Assembly: GCA_051971635.1 (NCBI GenBank)
Contig: JBFPLN010000003.1
Span: 288,001 to 352,000 of the forward strand
Direction: 5' to 3'
DNA length: 64,000 nucleotides
DNA from: Candidatus Atelocyanobacterium thalassae
GTDB taxonomy: Bacteria; Cyanobacteriota; Cyanobacteriia; Cyanobacteriales; Microcystaceae
The position numbers and the translations under genes were made by a program. Positions 21,075 through 31,679 of this stretch are shown piece after piece. The notes beneath the pieces are model-generated. The model searched no databases. It worked only from the letters and a program-made list of their open reading frames with translations, and had not been told where the DNA came from. Numbering within the stretch: position 1 is the stretch's first letter; each line of letters opens with the position of its first letter.

Positions 21075-22250
21075 TCAGTTTTTCCAGTACTTGTAAGCTG
21101 TATAAGCTAAAGTAGTTATTCCTACTGCGATAGCAGATTCATCTATCTCAAATAAAGGATGATGTAAAGGATGATTTATTTGATTTGAATAACCGGTACC
21201 TAATCGAAACATTGTTCCTGGTGAATACTTTAAATAAGAAGAGAAATCCTCTGAGCCTAATGATGGTTCAGATAGTATCTTAACAAAATTATTTCCCCAT
21301 GCTTCTCGAGCAGCCTCTTCTAGAATACCGGTAAGATGAACATCATTTTGAACAGCAGCGACTCCCCATTGATAATCAATTTCATATTTAGCATTATGAG
21401 CTTGACACGTATTAGCAATAATACCTTCTATCCATTGGGGTAGTTGAAACCGAGTTTCAGGATGTAATGAGCGTATTGTACCAGTCATTTTTACCAGATC
21501 TGCAATAATATTGGGAGCATGCCCTCCAGTAATTTGCCCAATTGTTAAAACTAAGGGATGTAAAGGGTTTTGGGTACGACTGATAGCTTGCTGTAAAGTC
21601 GTAATTATTTGAGATGCAATCCATATTGCATCTACAGCTTCATGGGGTCTAGCTCCATGTCCCGATTCACCTTTGATAGATAATTCAATATTATCCACTG
21701 CAGCTGTCAATGTTCCATATTTGATGCCAATGGAACCTGCTGGAAGAGATGGAAAAACATGAACTCCAAGAATTGCATCAACATTGTTCATTACTCCATC
21801 CTCTAACATCCATCTAGCTCCTTGAGCAATCTCCTCTGCCGGCTGAAATAAAAAGCGAATATGACCTCCTAATTGTTTTTTTAATATAGATAAAACAATT
21901 GCAGTGCCTATCCCTACTGTAGTGTGAACATCATGGCCGCAAGCATGCATTATACCTGGATTATAAGAAGAAAAATTTAATTTAGTTTTTTCCTCTATAG
22001 GTAAAGCATCCATATCAGTACGAATCGCTAAAACACTAGAATCTTGAGAGTCACTGATTAAATGTCCTACGACTCCTGTTTTGCCAATAGATTTTTCTAC
22101 AGGGATATCATAGGAAGAAAGTATATTGGCTATATAGGCAGATGTTTGATGTTCTTTTCCACTTAGTTCTGGATAAGAATGTAAATGTCGACGAATCTCA
22201 ACAAATCTAGGTAGAAGATTTTTAACGAGATTTTTTATTTGGGACAACAT
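21075..22250 (-). CDS. M20 family amidohydrolase (N-acyl-L-amino acid amidohydrolase-like)
   Basis: RRHLHSYPELS, RTDMDALP, MHACGHDVH, FQPAEE, GHGARPH, SEDF. Confidence 0.92.
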   Translation of the reverse strand: MLSQIKNLVKNLLPRFVEIRRHLHSYPELSGKEHQTSAYIANILSSYDIPVEKSIGKTGVVGHLISDSQDSSVLAIRTDMDALPIEEKTKLNFSSYNPGIMHACGHDVHTTVGIGTAIVLSILKKQLGGHIRFLFQPAEEIAQGARWMLEDGVMNNVDAILGVHVFPSLPAGSIGIKYGTLTAAVDNIELSIKGESGHGARPHEAVDAIWIASQIITTLQQAISRTQNPLHPLVLTIGQITGGHAPNIIADLVKMTGTIRSLHPETRFQLPQWIEGIIANTCQAHNAKYEIDYQWGVAAVQNDVHLTGILEEAAREAWGNNFVKILSEPSLGSEDFSSYLKYSPGTMFRLGTGYSNQINHPLHHPLFEIDESAIAVGITTLAYTAYKYWKN

Positions 22251-22688
22251 AAAAGTTTTATGGATTATTTATTGTAATGTTAATGGTACTAGTTCAATCT
22301 TAGTAATATTAACACTACAATAATCTAAGAAGTTTAAGAACTTTTTAAGCTTTAGATTCATAATTGTTAGTACTAATTGTTAAGACAAGAGGAATTAAAT
22401 AGCTTAAAATCATGTAAATAGGGTAAATAATTTTATTAGTGTGATAAAAATTGTATTTATAACAAAAATTAAAGCTTTAACTAAATAAATAGTTAAAGCT
22501 ATTTAATATAAACAAATATATTTAAAGAACTAAAATAGTTCTTAGGAAGGATGTGATCATTTGATTTCAATAGATTTGTCAAGTAAATCACACTATAAGT
22601 AAGTTACCCAAAAAATTAATTTTATATGTGTTAGAAGTTAAAGGCTTTTAGCTATTTTTATAAGAAATAGCTAAATGTTTCTACAATC

Positions 22689-23834
22689 TTATAGAGGTAG
22701 ATAAATATCACCAAGTAGCATTGAGCGAGAAGCCCCAGTAACTTGTGGTAAATTGCCTGGTATTTTGCTTACATATCTCCAATAAGCCAAGACTGCAAAA
22801 GAAATTGCTTCCTTGAAATCACTATTTAAACCAGCTTCAGTAGTTGTTTTTACTATAGTATTTTTAGGAGAATGATAATTAATTCGTTCTTTTAGATAAA
22901 AATTATGACTACCTCCCCCACATAAAAATATTTCATCAATAGGACACTTAATAAAATTTTTATAGCTATCAGTAATAGAAATAGCAGTTAGCTCGGTAAT
23001 AGTAGTCAAAAAATCTGTCTCGGATAACTCATACGCTTGAGCATCCTTCCAGCAATTTTCTAAATATTCTTTTCCGAAAAGTTCTCTTCCGGTTGATTTA
23101 GGAGGTATTTTATGAAAAAAATCATGATTTAACCATTTTTCAATTAGTTGATAGTTAGGGTTACCCTGAGATGCCCAAATTCCATTGTTATCATAGAACT
23201 GTTTCCCATTACTTAGCTTTTGAATAGTCAAGTCAATTAACATATTTCCTGGTCCAGTATCCCATCCTGTGATATTTTCATACCAGTCTTTTGTGGATTT
23301 TGGTGGTAAATACGTAACATTACCGATCCCACCAATATTTTGTATACATCTATGATATTGGGGATGACTTAATAGACAAGCATCTACTGCCGATACCAGT
23401 GGTGCTCCTTGGCCACCAGCAGCTATATCCGCAGCACGGAAATTATTAACTGTCGGAATACCTGTGAGATTAGAAATAATTTCTCCTCTACCTAATTGAA
23501 TAGTGTATCCTATGCTATTTATAGCTGGTGGTCGATGGAATACAGTTTGTCCATGAGATCCAATTAACTCTACAGGGAGATGTTCTTTTCTGATTTCTTT
23601 AACAACATCTACGAAAGATAAAGCAATTTCTTCATCTAACTTAGCAAATTCTTCAATTGATAAAGAATTGCCTTCGGAAACCTTCAAGATTTGGTTTCGA
23701 ATTTTCTCTGGATAAGAGTAACTAATATTTAATAAATATTTAATTCTTAGATCAAGATTATTTCCTTGGATTTTTATTAATGCTGCATCAATACTGTCTA
23801 CTGATGTACCACTCATTAGTCCGAGACAATACAT
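22689..23834 (-). CDS. anmK: Anhydro-N-acetylmuramic acid kinase
   Basis: GLMSGTSVDSID, GSHGQT, DIAAGGQGAPL, NIGGIGN, DTGPGN, KSTGRELF. Confidence 0.96.
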   Translation of the reverse strand: MYCLGLMSGTSVDSIDAALIKIQGNNLDLRIKYLLNISYSYPEKIRNQILKVSEGNSLSIEEFAKLDEEIALSFVDVVKEIRKEHLPVELIGSHGQTVFHRPPAINSIGYTIQLGRGEIISNLTGIPTVNNFRAADIAAGGQGAPLVSAVDACLLSHPQYHRCIQNIGGIGNVTYLPPKSTKDWYENITGWDTGPGNMLIDLTIQKLSNGKQFYDNNGIWASQGNPNYQLIEKWLNHDFFHKIPPKSTGRELFGKEYLENCWKDAQAYELSETDFLTTITELTAISITDSYKNFIKCPIDEIFLCGGGSHNFYLKERINYHSPKNTIVKTTTEAGLNSDFKEAISFAVLAYWRYVSKIPGNLPQVTGASRSMLLGDIYLPL

Positions 23835-24114
23835 ATCTAAAATTAATCTTTTGTAAACTACAGTTTTCTAAAGCTTATCTTAGTATATATGCAATTATTT
23901 TTATAATATGATCAGCTTATTGAAATAATTGTATATGATATTTACTGGAAATAAAAATTTTGATTACTATTAAATAATATTTATCTCTACTACTTAAAGA
24001 TACTAAAGGATTTTTATTTATATTAATCATTCTTATTCACATTATGATGGTGAATGTAAAATATTCTATTAATTAGACAAGATAAGACTTTTATTTCATA
24101 TTTATTTTTGCAGA

Positions 24115-24154
24115 ATTAGTTAGTTTCAATAACTAGTTGTTGAAACTAACTAAT
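24115..24154. repeat. 19-bp-arm inverted repeat in the anmK/ABC divergent spacer
   Basis: ATTAGTTAGTTTCAATAAC-ta-GTTGTTGAAACTAACTAAT, one mismatch (a G-U pair in RNA). Confidence 0.85.
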
Positions 24155-24639
24155 CCCAATTTCGTTTTGCAATACATGATAAAATTTTCGTTATATATAC
24201 TGTATTGTATAAAACAATTTAGGACATTATTGATAAGGACTATTCTTAGCTATTAAAAATTATTACAATTTGTTTTTAAATTCTATTAATATAGTTAAAA
24301 CATTTTTTTTTAGGAAAAAGATTACGCTCTTAAGTTAAAAACCATATCATATAGTTATTCCTAATTTAAAATATTTTCATTGTACTTAACTTAAGTTGTT
24401 TAACGGCCTAATTGCATTAAAAAATCATACTGAAATATTAGTGAAATTTTTATAGCAACCTTAGATATAGTTATTAAAATGATTAAGATAACTACTTTAA
24501 AGTATGCAAATATAGAGCCAATAAAATATTACTAGTATTAATATCGTTAAATTTACAATTTTTGTTAACCAATCTTACATCTTACTCTTAAATTTTTTAT
24601 TGGGAGGCAGTTGATATCTCATACTAATAACACATCATA

Positions 24640-26607
24640 ATGCCCAAAATCCGATTAAAATTCAATCAAAAGCTTATTTCATATTTCTTTGAGACAGCGC
24701 AACCTTATTTTTTCCCTATTAATAATAATCAAGCATGGGTGTTTTGCACACTGCTGATAACACTAATCGTTATGGTTATTAGTCTAACCTTTTTTATAAC
24801 AGTTGGAGCGACACTATTAGCTAATATAGTTTTTACTAATTTCTCTAATATTATTACTAATAGTTTTATTGATAAAATTGATAAAATTTTAGATTCAAAT
24901 ATTACTGGTTATGTGGCTATTGCTTTGTTGACCAGTAATTTAATTTTTTTATCACAGTTTTCTAAAATAGGTAAAAAATGGAAGCAATGGTTTTTATTAG
25001 GATCTCTTCTTTTTCTTTTATTAGTTGTTAATGGATTAAGGCTCATAATGAGCTATGTATTTCGTTTTATAGATACTGCTTTAACAGAGAAAAATGCAGA
25101 TGTATTCTGGCAATTTATGATAGTTTATGGTTTAGTACTGGTTTCTGCTGTACCGATTATCATTATTTATCGTTACACCAGAAAGAAGCTAGGATTGATG
25201 TGGAGGAAATGGCTTACAAGACATTTCTTAAGTCGTTATTTTAGTTATCGTGTCTATTATAAATTAAATTCAGAGTATCTTAAAAAAGAAGTTGATAACC
25301 CTGATCAGAGAATAACACAAGATATAAAATCTTTTACGATCGTTACTCTTGATTTCTTACTCGACTTCTTTAATTCAATTTTAACTTTAGTATCTTTTTC
25401 TTACATCTTATATACCATATCCGATAGATTAACATATGGGTTATTAATTTATGCAATATTTGGCACTACAGTAGTTCTAGTTGCAGGAAATCGTCTAATT
25501 AAAATCAATTATTCTCAATTGCGCTTAGAAGCAAATTTTCGTTATAGTATTTTAAGAATTAGAGACTATGCTGAGTCAATTGCTTTCTATAGAGGGGAGT
25601 TTTTAGAGAACAAACAAGTTACTAAAAAGTTAAAAAAAGTTGTTAAAAATTTTAACCTATTAATTGTTTGGCAATCTATTATTAATCTTTTTCAATTAGG
25701 ATATAATTACTTTACTCGATTAATACCATATATTATGATTGCTCCTTTGTATCTAAAAGGAGAATTAGACTTCGGCTCTATTGCCCAGGCAACTGTTGCA
25801 TTTAGTCAAGTATTAGAAGCTCTTTCTTTAATAACGAACCGAATCCCAGAAATTACGAGGTTTGCTGCTAGTATTAATCGTCTAGGAGAGTTCTATGAGT
25901 CAATGAATCCGGACTTATTACGTCAAGAAGAGTTGGATAGTAACTTAATTCATATTGAAAAATTTCCTTTCATTGTTTTGCAAAATGTTTCTTTATATCC
26001 TCCTAACTCCCAGAGAAAATTAGTTAAAAATATTACAATTCGTATTGATAAAAGCAATAATTTATTAATCATGGGAACTAGCGGGACTGGTAAAAGTTCT
26101 TTGCTTAGAGCTATAGCTGGCCTTTGGACTTCAGGAGATGGAACAATTTTTCGTCCTAGTCCGAAAGAGATATTATTCTTACCTCAACATCCATACATGA
26201 TATCAGGAAGCCTAAAAGAACAACTTTTATATCCTGATACAGGAAAATACATTACACAAAATCAATTAGATGAAATATTAGTAGCTGTTGATTTACAAAA
26301 TTTGAGAAGTCGGTTTCAAGATTTTGATATAAAAGAAAACTGGAGTAGTGTATTATCCTTGGGGGAACAGCAACGTATAGCATTTGCTCGGATCCTAATT
26401 ACTAAACCCCGTTATGTTATCTTAGATGAAGCTACTAGTGCTCTAGATGAAGAAAATGAAGAGTCTCTTTATCGTAGTCTATCTACTTCAGAGACTAGTT
26501 ATATTAGTGTAGGTCATAGACCAACTTTAACTAAATATCATCAACAAATATTAACTATAATGGATGAAGGAACTTGGGAACTGGAAAATCACAAAGTTGA
26601 TAATTAG
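24640..26607 (+). CDS. Fused permease/ATPase ABC half-transporter, ABCD/YddA/BclA/Rv1819c type
   Basis: DNPDQRITQDI, EAA-like EANFRYSILRIRDYAESIAFYRGE, Walker A GTSGTGKS, LSLGEQQR, LDEATSALD, SVGHR. Confidence 0.9.
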   Translation: MPKIRLKFNQKLISYFFETAQPYFFPINNNQAWVFCTLLITLIVMVISLTFFITVGATLLANIVFTNFSNIITNSFIDKIDKILDSNITGYVAIALLTSNLIFLSQFSKIGKKWKQWFLLGSLLFLLLVVNGLRLIMSYVFRFIDTALTEKNADVFWQFMIVYGLVLVSAVPIIIIYRYTRKKLGLMWRKWLTRHFLSRYFSYRVYYKLNSEYLKKEVDNPDQRITQDIKSFTIVTLDFLLDFFNSILTLVSFSYILYTISDRLTYGLLIYAIFGTTVVLVAGNRLIKINYSQLRLEANFRYSILRIRDYAESIAFYRGEFLENKQVTKKLKKVVKNFNLLIVWQSIINLFQLGYNYFTRLIPYIMIAPLYLKGELDFGSIAQATVAFSQVLEALSLITNRIPEITRFAASINRLGEFYESMNPDLLRQEELDSNLIHIEKFPFIVLQNVSLYPPNSQRKLVKNITIRIDKSNNLLIMGTSGTGKSSLLRAIAGLWTSGDGTIFRPSPKEILFLPQHPYMISGSLKEQLLYPDTGKYITQNQLDEILVAVDLQNLRSRFQDFDIKENWSSVLSLGEQQRIAFARILITKPRYVILDEATSALDEENEESLYRSLSTSETSYISVGHRPTLTKYHQQILTIMDEGTWELENHKVDN

Positions 26608-26972
26608 TCATGGTTACAATAAATTGTTCCATGCTAAATTTTTAACTCTTTTATTATTTAAAATTAAAGAACTACTATTTGATAATTGTTAAATATTACA
26701 ACGTTTTTTATGCATTATATATTTATCAAAAATTCTTATGAAGTAAGTAAACTGTTAGGCAAAGTATTAGGATCTGTTTAAATAAGTTAGTAAAGTATTG
26801 TTTTTTCATCAGAAATAATTACTAAAGATGTGTTTAATACTTGTTAATTTAATATTTATGTAGATAAATAAGGTTTAAATTTCCCTTCTACCCGAAAAAT
26901 TAGTACAATAAATATATAAGGTTCTTAGAATCTTTTTCTATTCTTAAACATTACAGTCAAAACCATTAATCT

Positions 26973-27158
26973 ATGGAATCTAGTAGCTCATCAAAGAAGG
27001 GGACAGAGCCTTCTGCTCATAGGTGGACTCACATTATAGGGACGGTAATTGCTATAATAACGTTGATACTACCCGTTTTCGTAATTGCCTATTACTCTTC
27101 AAATAAAGTTGATCCTCCTTCGAGTCGACTTCATTACTTGAATGACTCTAGAGAATAG
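26973..27158 (+). CDS. Small single-TM hypothetical protein
   Basis: 61 aa with one hydrophobic helix (IIGTVIAIITLILPVFVIAYYS). Confidence 0.65.
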   Translation: MESSSSSKKGTEPSAHRWTHIIGTVIAIITLILPVFVIAYYSSNKVDPPSSRLHYLNDSRE

Positions 27159-27558
27159 TACCTTTATTACTAGCCAAAGTTACGTTTCTACTTATCCCTA
27201 TCTAGTGAGGAAAGGTATTAAACTACGCGATTAGGAACATTATGTACTCTACCTATCAAAAGTATAATTAAGATTTATAGTTACTTTTTTAATATCTGAT
27301 TCTGCTAGAAAATAGAATTTAAGGATATTTTATGAAATCTATGATTAAAAGCAAGGGTAATATTCTCTTGACATCCTAAAAAATACTCCCAGTACTAGTT
27401 TACATAAAATAAATTAGTTACTTCTTTATATTCTATTTTAGGACTTATGAGTTAGATTCTACAAATTCAAACCATAAAAAATGCTCCTATCCTACAAAAA
27501 AAATAAAACTTTAAAGCAATTATTAATATATGTAAAATATTAAATGATGTGGATTGTA

Positions 27559-27610
27559 GATAATGCTCCCTAAGTTTAAAAAATAATTTTTAAACTTAAG
27601 AAGCATTATC
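27559..27610. repeat. 24-bp-arm inverted repeat upstream of the SagB-like gene
   Basis: GATAATGCTCCCTAAGTTTAAAAA-ataa-TTTTTAAACTTAAGAAGCATTATC, 2 mismatches. Confidence 0.85.
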
Positions 27611-27746
27611 ATCTCACTATAACTAACTTGTTGATGGATCAAAGTATTTTGTTTTATACTCAAAAATTGAGGAGTAGTGAATTCCTACAGAAAATCTGAG
27701 GAATGAGAAAATTAAACAAGAAACGCTCAAAACATAATTAACATTC

Positions 27747-29282
27747 ATGTCAGATTTGCCAGCATCTATAGCTGTTTATTATCATCAACGAACAAAATAT
27801 GACCCTAGAACTATTGCCACGAGAAATAAAGGTTTAGACTGGTCAAAACAACCAATTCCTTTTAAAGAATATAAGATCGGTAAATCTTATGAGCTAACAG
27901 CTTATTCATCAGAGGAATCATCAATCACTCCTCATTTTTCATATTGGCAAAGGCTTTCCCGTTTGTGTGGCTGTAGTTATGGACTAACTGCGAAAGTACC
28001 TACTATTGGAAGTCCTATGTATCTAAGAGCAACCCCATCGGCTGGAGGATTGTATCCAGCTGAAGTTTATTTAGTTTCAAAAGGAACTTCATGGCTGCCA
28101 GCTGGATTATATAGCTATCAACCACAAAATCATTCCTTATTACATTTCTGGGATGACAATGTTTGGGATAATTTAGAGACAGCATGCCTATCTCATCAAG
28201 CTCTTAAAAGTGCGGAGATAGTAGTTGTTACAACTGCTATTTTTTACAGGTCTTCTTGGCGATATGAAGATCGTGCCTACCGAAGAATTTGCTTAGATAC
28301 AGGGCACTTACTAGGTAATATAGAATTAGCCTGCGCTATGACTAATTATCGTCCTCATTTGATTGGAGGCTTTGTAGACAATCTACTTAATAAGATTTTT
28401 TACTTTAATCCTAAAGAAGAAGGAGTAATTTCAGTTATTGCTTTATCTGACTTATCTAATAATAAAAATTTAGAAAATATAGGTCCAACAGCTTTACCAT
28501 CAGTTATACAAACTAATTATTCTGAGATTTCTGACGGAGAATTATTAGGTTATTTTCATCAAGCCACTGAGATACAAGAATCTGATATTCATGAAGTACA
28601 ACAGATAAAATATAAAGAAAGTATTGTAGAAGATAAATATAACTTTCCATTTTGTCTAAAAGTATCCACATTAACAACCCCTATTATATGGGGAAATAAT
28701 TTTAACCTTCTTGAGAAAACTATTTTTAAAAGACGATCTACTCGTGCCTATACAGGCGAAGAATTGACATTAGATGAACTAAAAGCATTACTACATTTTA
28801 CTTACCAGTCTCAGGATTATGTTCATCAAGGTTTTGATTCAAATCCTGATTATTTTGATATAAGTTTAATTGAAACCTTTATAGCAGTATCTGGAGTTCA
28901 AGGTTTAGAGTCTGGTTGTTATTATTATGCTCCAAAAGCTCAAGAACTTAGGCAAATTCGATTTAAAAATTTTCGTAGAGAGCTGCATTACTTATGCCTA
29001 GGACAGAATTTAGGAAGAGATGCAGGAGCGATTATTTTTCATACTACAGAATTAAAGAAAGCAGTAAAAAAATATGGTGATCGTGTTTATAGATATTTGC
29101 ATCTTGATGCAGGACATTTAGGACAAAAGTTGAATCTAGCAGCTATTCATCTTCAACTTGGGGTAAGTGGTATTGGCGGTTTTTTTGATGATCAAGTAAA
29201 CGAGGTTCTTGGTATTCCTGAGGATGAAGTTGTCATTTATATCACAACAATAGGAAGGCCAAGATATCAATCTATAAATTAA
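27747..29282 (+). CDS. SagB/ThcOx-family FMN-dependent dehydrogenase (tandem nitroreductase domains)
   Basis: YHQRTKY, RATPSAGGLYPAEVY, WRYEDRAYRR; second domain RRSTRAY and KYGDRVYRYLHLDAG. Confidence 0.9.
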   Translation: MSDLPASIAVYYHQRTKYDPRTIATRNKGLDWSKQPIPFKEYKIGKSYELTAYSSEESSITPHFSYWQRLSRLCGCSYGLTAKVPTIGSPMYLRATPSAGGLYPAEVYLVSKGTSWLPAGLYSYQPQNHSLLHFWDDNVWDNLETACLSHQALKSAEIVVVTTAIFYRSSWRYEDRAYRRICLDTGHLLGNIELACAMTNYRPHLIGGFVDNLLNKIFYFNPKEEGVISVIALSDLSNNKNLENIGPTALPSVIQTNYSEISDGELLGYFHQATEIQESDIHEVQQIKYKESIVEDKYNFPFCLKVSTLTTPIIWGNNFNLLEKTIFKRRSTRAYTGEELTLDELKALLHFTYQSQDYVHQGFDSNPDYFDISLIETFIAVSGVQGLESGCYYYAPKAQELRQIRFKNFRRELHYLCLGQNLGRDAGAIIFHTTELKKAVKKYGDRVYRYLHLDAGHLGQKLNLAAIHLQLGVSGIGGFFDDQVNEVLGIPEDEVVIYITTIGRPRYQSIN

Positions 29283-29345
29283 ATCAATAATTATTCATTT
29301 AACAAATACTTTGATAAATTCATAAGTATTAGTTGCATAAAAATA

Positions 29346-30461
29346 TTATTTCTCTTTTAATAAAACAGCTGATGGTAATTCTCTTTTCGGCAAAGGAATC
29401 ATAGGAGATGGTAATGTTGGGCCAAATAATAAAGGGGTAGACAAAGGCAGCTCATAATCAGCAATAACTTCTCGGAGTTGGCTAACACGTAATAATAACT
29501 TAAATTTCTTTCCAAAATCTTGTTCAATTAGTTTTTCTACCAGCCGAACTTGTGTTGGAGTTATAGGGTTTTTAGTATTTTCTTGAACTGTTACTAGAAT
29601 AATGGGATGCTCATTACTCCAAGGAAACATGGGCCATTGAACTTTCAATGAAATTAATTCACTTTGTTGCCCAACAGTGACTGTTTTATTTTCAAGAAGA
29701 TTTTTAATCCTTCCTTCAAATTTCTCTTGCCAAAGTAGATTACCAAAACTCACAAATAATGGAAAAGTTATAATACTTGTTATAGCTACTAGTCCTCCTA
29801 AAGCTTGGCTAGTTTTGTTATAGCTAAAATAATAGCCTCCAAAAATAAATACAGTAATGCAAGCTAAAGTTATACCTAAAAGATTTGTAAAATATAGTAA
29901 GAACGCTCCACTTGCCAATAATACTGCTTTTTGGGATAAACAAATGCCAATAGCGCATAAGGGAGGCATTAAAGCTACAGAAATTGCAGTACCAACAACT
30001 GCATCGCCAAGCCTACGCCGAACTTTAGCAAAACCACTTATCATTCCTGCTGTTACTGCTACTCCTAAGTCTGCTAAGTTTGGCTGAGTTCTTCCTAAAA
30101 TTTCAGAACCAAAAGATGATTCAGGTAATCCAAAGATTCCTCCTACTAAACTTGAAACCAAAAGAGACACTATCGTACCGCTTAAAAGTGTTACTAAACT
30201 TACTTTAAGTAAAATCCCTTCGTTATCCAACACACCGAAAGCAAAACCTCTTAATGGGAGCATTAAAGGAGCAATAAGCATTGCACCGATAATAATAGTA
30301 GGACTATTAATTAATAATCCAAGAGTTGCTATAAAAGAAGCACTAATAGTTAAAATGACAAAATCTGTATTAAGTTGAGAATCTTTTATCAACTCTCGTA
30401 ATAGTTTTCTTCTTATATTTGGAGAAACTTTTGGAATTTTTTGTCTAAACCAGTTTTTCAT
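29346..30461 (-). CDS. DUF389 family membrane protein
   Basis: IATLGLLINSPTIIIGAMLIAPLM, RTQPNLADL, GTAISVALMPPL. Confidence 0.88.
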   Translation of the reverse strand: MKNWFRQKIPKVSPNIRRKLLRELIKDSQLNTDFVILTISASFIATLGLLINSPTIIIGAMLIAPLMLPLRGFAFGVLDNEGILLKVSLVTLLSGTIVSLLVSSLVGGIFGLPESSFGSEILGRTQPNLADLGVAVTAGMISGFAKVRRRLGDAVVGTAISVALMPPLCAIGICLSQKAVLLASGAFLLYFTNLLGITLACITVFIFGGYYFSYNKTSQALGGLVAITSIITFPLFVSFGNLLWQEKFEGRIKNLLENKTVTVGQQSELISLKVQWPMFPWSNEHPIILVTVQENTKNPITPTQVRLVEKLIEQDFGKKFKLLLRVSQLREVIADYELPLSTPLLFGPTLPSPMIPLPKRELPSAVLLKEK

Positions 30462-30757
30462 AAAAAATCTATTAATTGCTATAAGTTATGATTAATAAAT
30501 CTTAGATATTATTTAATAATCGTATTTTCGAAAAATAAAGGGCCTTCTTGTCGATGATAAACTTCTTAAAATTATTCCAGGATAATATTTAAGAAATTTG
30601 AGATAAATATTTTAAACAGGTTAGAAATTTATCTTTTGACCAGTAAACACAGATAGTTAGATATTTTGGTTCGGTATTCTTTACTAGCTTTTTGCTTAAA
30701 TAATAAGCTATAAAAAAACAAGCTACACGCTAAATTTTTTTTAGTGAGATATAATTT

Positions 30758-31492
30758 ATGAGTAATACGAGTAATTTTCGCAAAGCAATTAATGAATCTC
30801 GACAAAACGCAATTATTGGTCCTAATGTTATAGCTAATGCTTTGCCTGTTGTTGGTAGTGGTTTGATCTTAACCGCACTAGGAACTTACGGCGGCTTAGG
30901 AATAATCAATTCTTATCCAGAAGTTTTTTATTCAACTTTTTTCATTGCCATTATCTTAGAGCTAGCTTTCTTTTTCATTATAAATAGAGTAATTGAAAGC
31001 AGTAATCAAAATACCGCTCTACCTTTATTATCTTTTTACAGCTTATTGTCTGGATATACGCTTAGTGGCATTGTTTATATTGCTTTAGGAACTCAAGGCG
31101 TAGGAATTCAAGGAATAGCAATCTCGGCCTTTGGTTGTGGACTTACTTTTATTATTGCACGTAGTATTGGAGGAAATTTATCAGACCAAGATGGAATAGC
31201 TTTGACAAAGACAGTCCGCTTAGGTCTAATAGCCTTATTGATAGCAATTATTGGACAATTTATATTTTCTATCTTTGGGTTTTATACACCATCATGGTTA
31301 GAAATAGTATTTTCTGGATTAGGAGTATTCTTATTTGCAGGAGCTGCAGTAGTTGATTTTTATATACTTCCTCGTAGTTATAATGACAAACAATATCTCG
31401 CTGCAGCACTTTCAATGTACCTCACTTATATTAACTTATTCATTTTTATCTTAAGGTTAATTATTTCGCTCAATGACAATGATAATAATTAA
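30758..31492 (+). CDS. Bax inhibitor-1/YccA family membrane protein
   Basis: About 7 TM segments and the C-terminal ALSMYLTYINLFIFILRL. Confidence 0.9.
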   Translation: MSNTSNFRKAINESRQNAIIGPNVIANALPVVGSGLILTALGTYGGLGIINSYPEVFYSTFFIAIILELAFFFIINRVIESSNQNTALPLLSFYSLLSGYTLSGIVYIALGTQGVGIQGIAISAFGCGLTFIIARSIGGNLSDQDGIALTKTVRLGLIALLIAIIGQFIFSIFGFYTPSWLEIVFSGLGVFLFAGAAVVDFYILPRSYNDKQYLAAALSMYLTYINLFIFILRLIISLNDNDNN

Positions 31493-31679
31493 AATATTTA
31501 TTTAGCGTCTAAAGCCTTTCTCTTTTACATTTATTTTGTTATAATGAACAAAGATTATAAATTAGTATTGATTCTAAGATTTTTATGAACCTTAAATTCA
31601 TTACATCTTGCAACTATACTATTTTTTAATTTTTGTTCAGTTCTTTTAAAGACATAAGCAAAATCAATTGACAAAAACT

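Noticed and set aside
26973..27158. Small Ser-rich ORF as a RiPP precursor for the SagB-like oxidase
   Set aside because: It looks like a single-TM membrane protein, and there is no leader/core structure or YcaO nearby.
27432..27455. SILGLMS peptide resembling the HPr Ser46 motif
   Set aside because: No HARP motif or surrounding similarity; likely coincidence.
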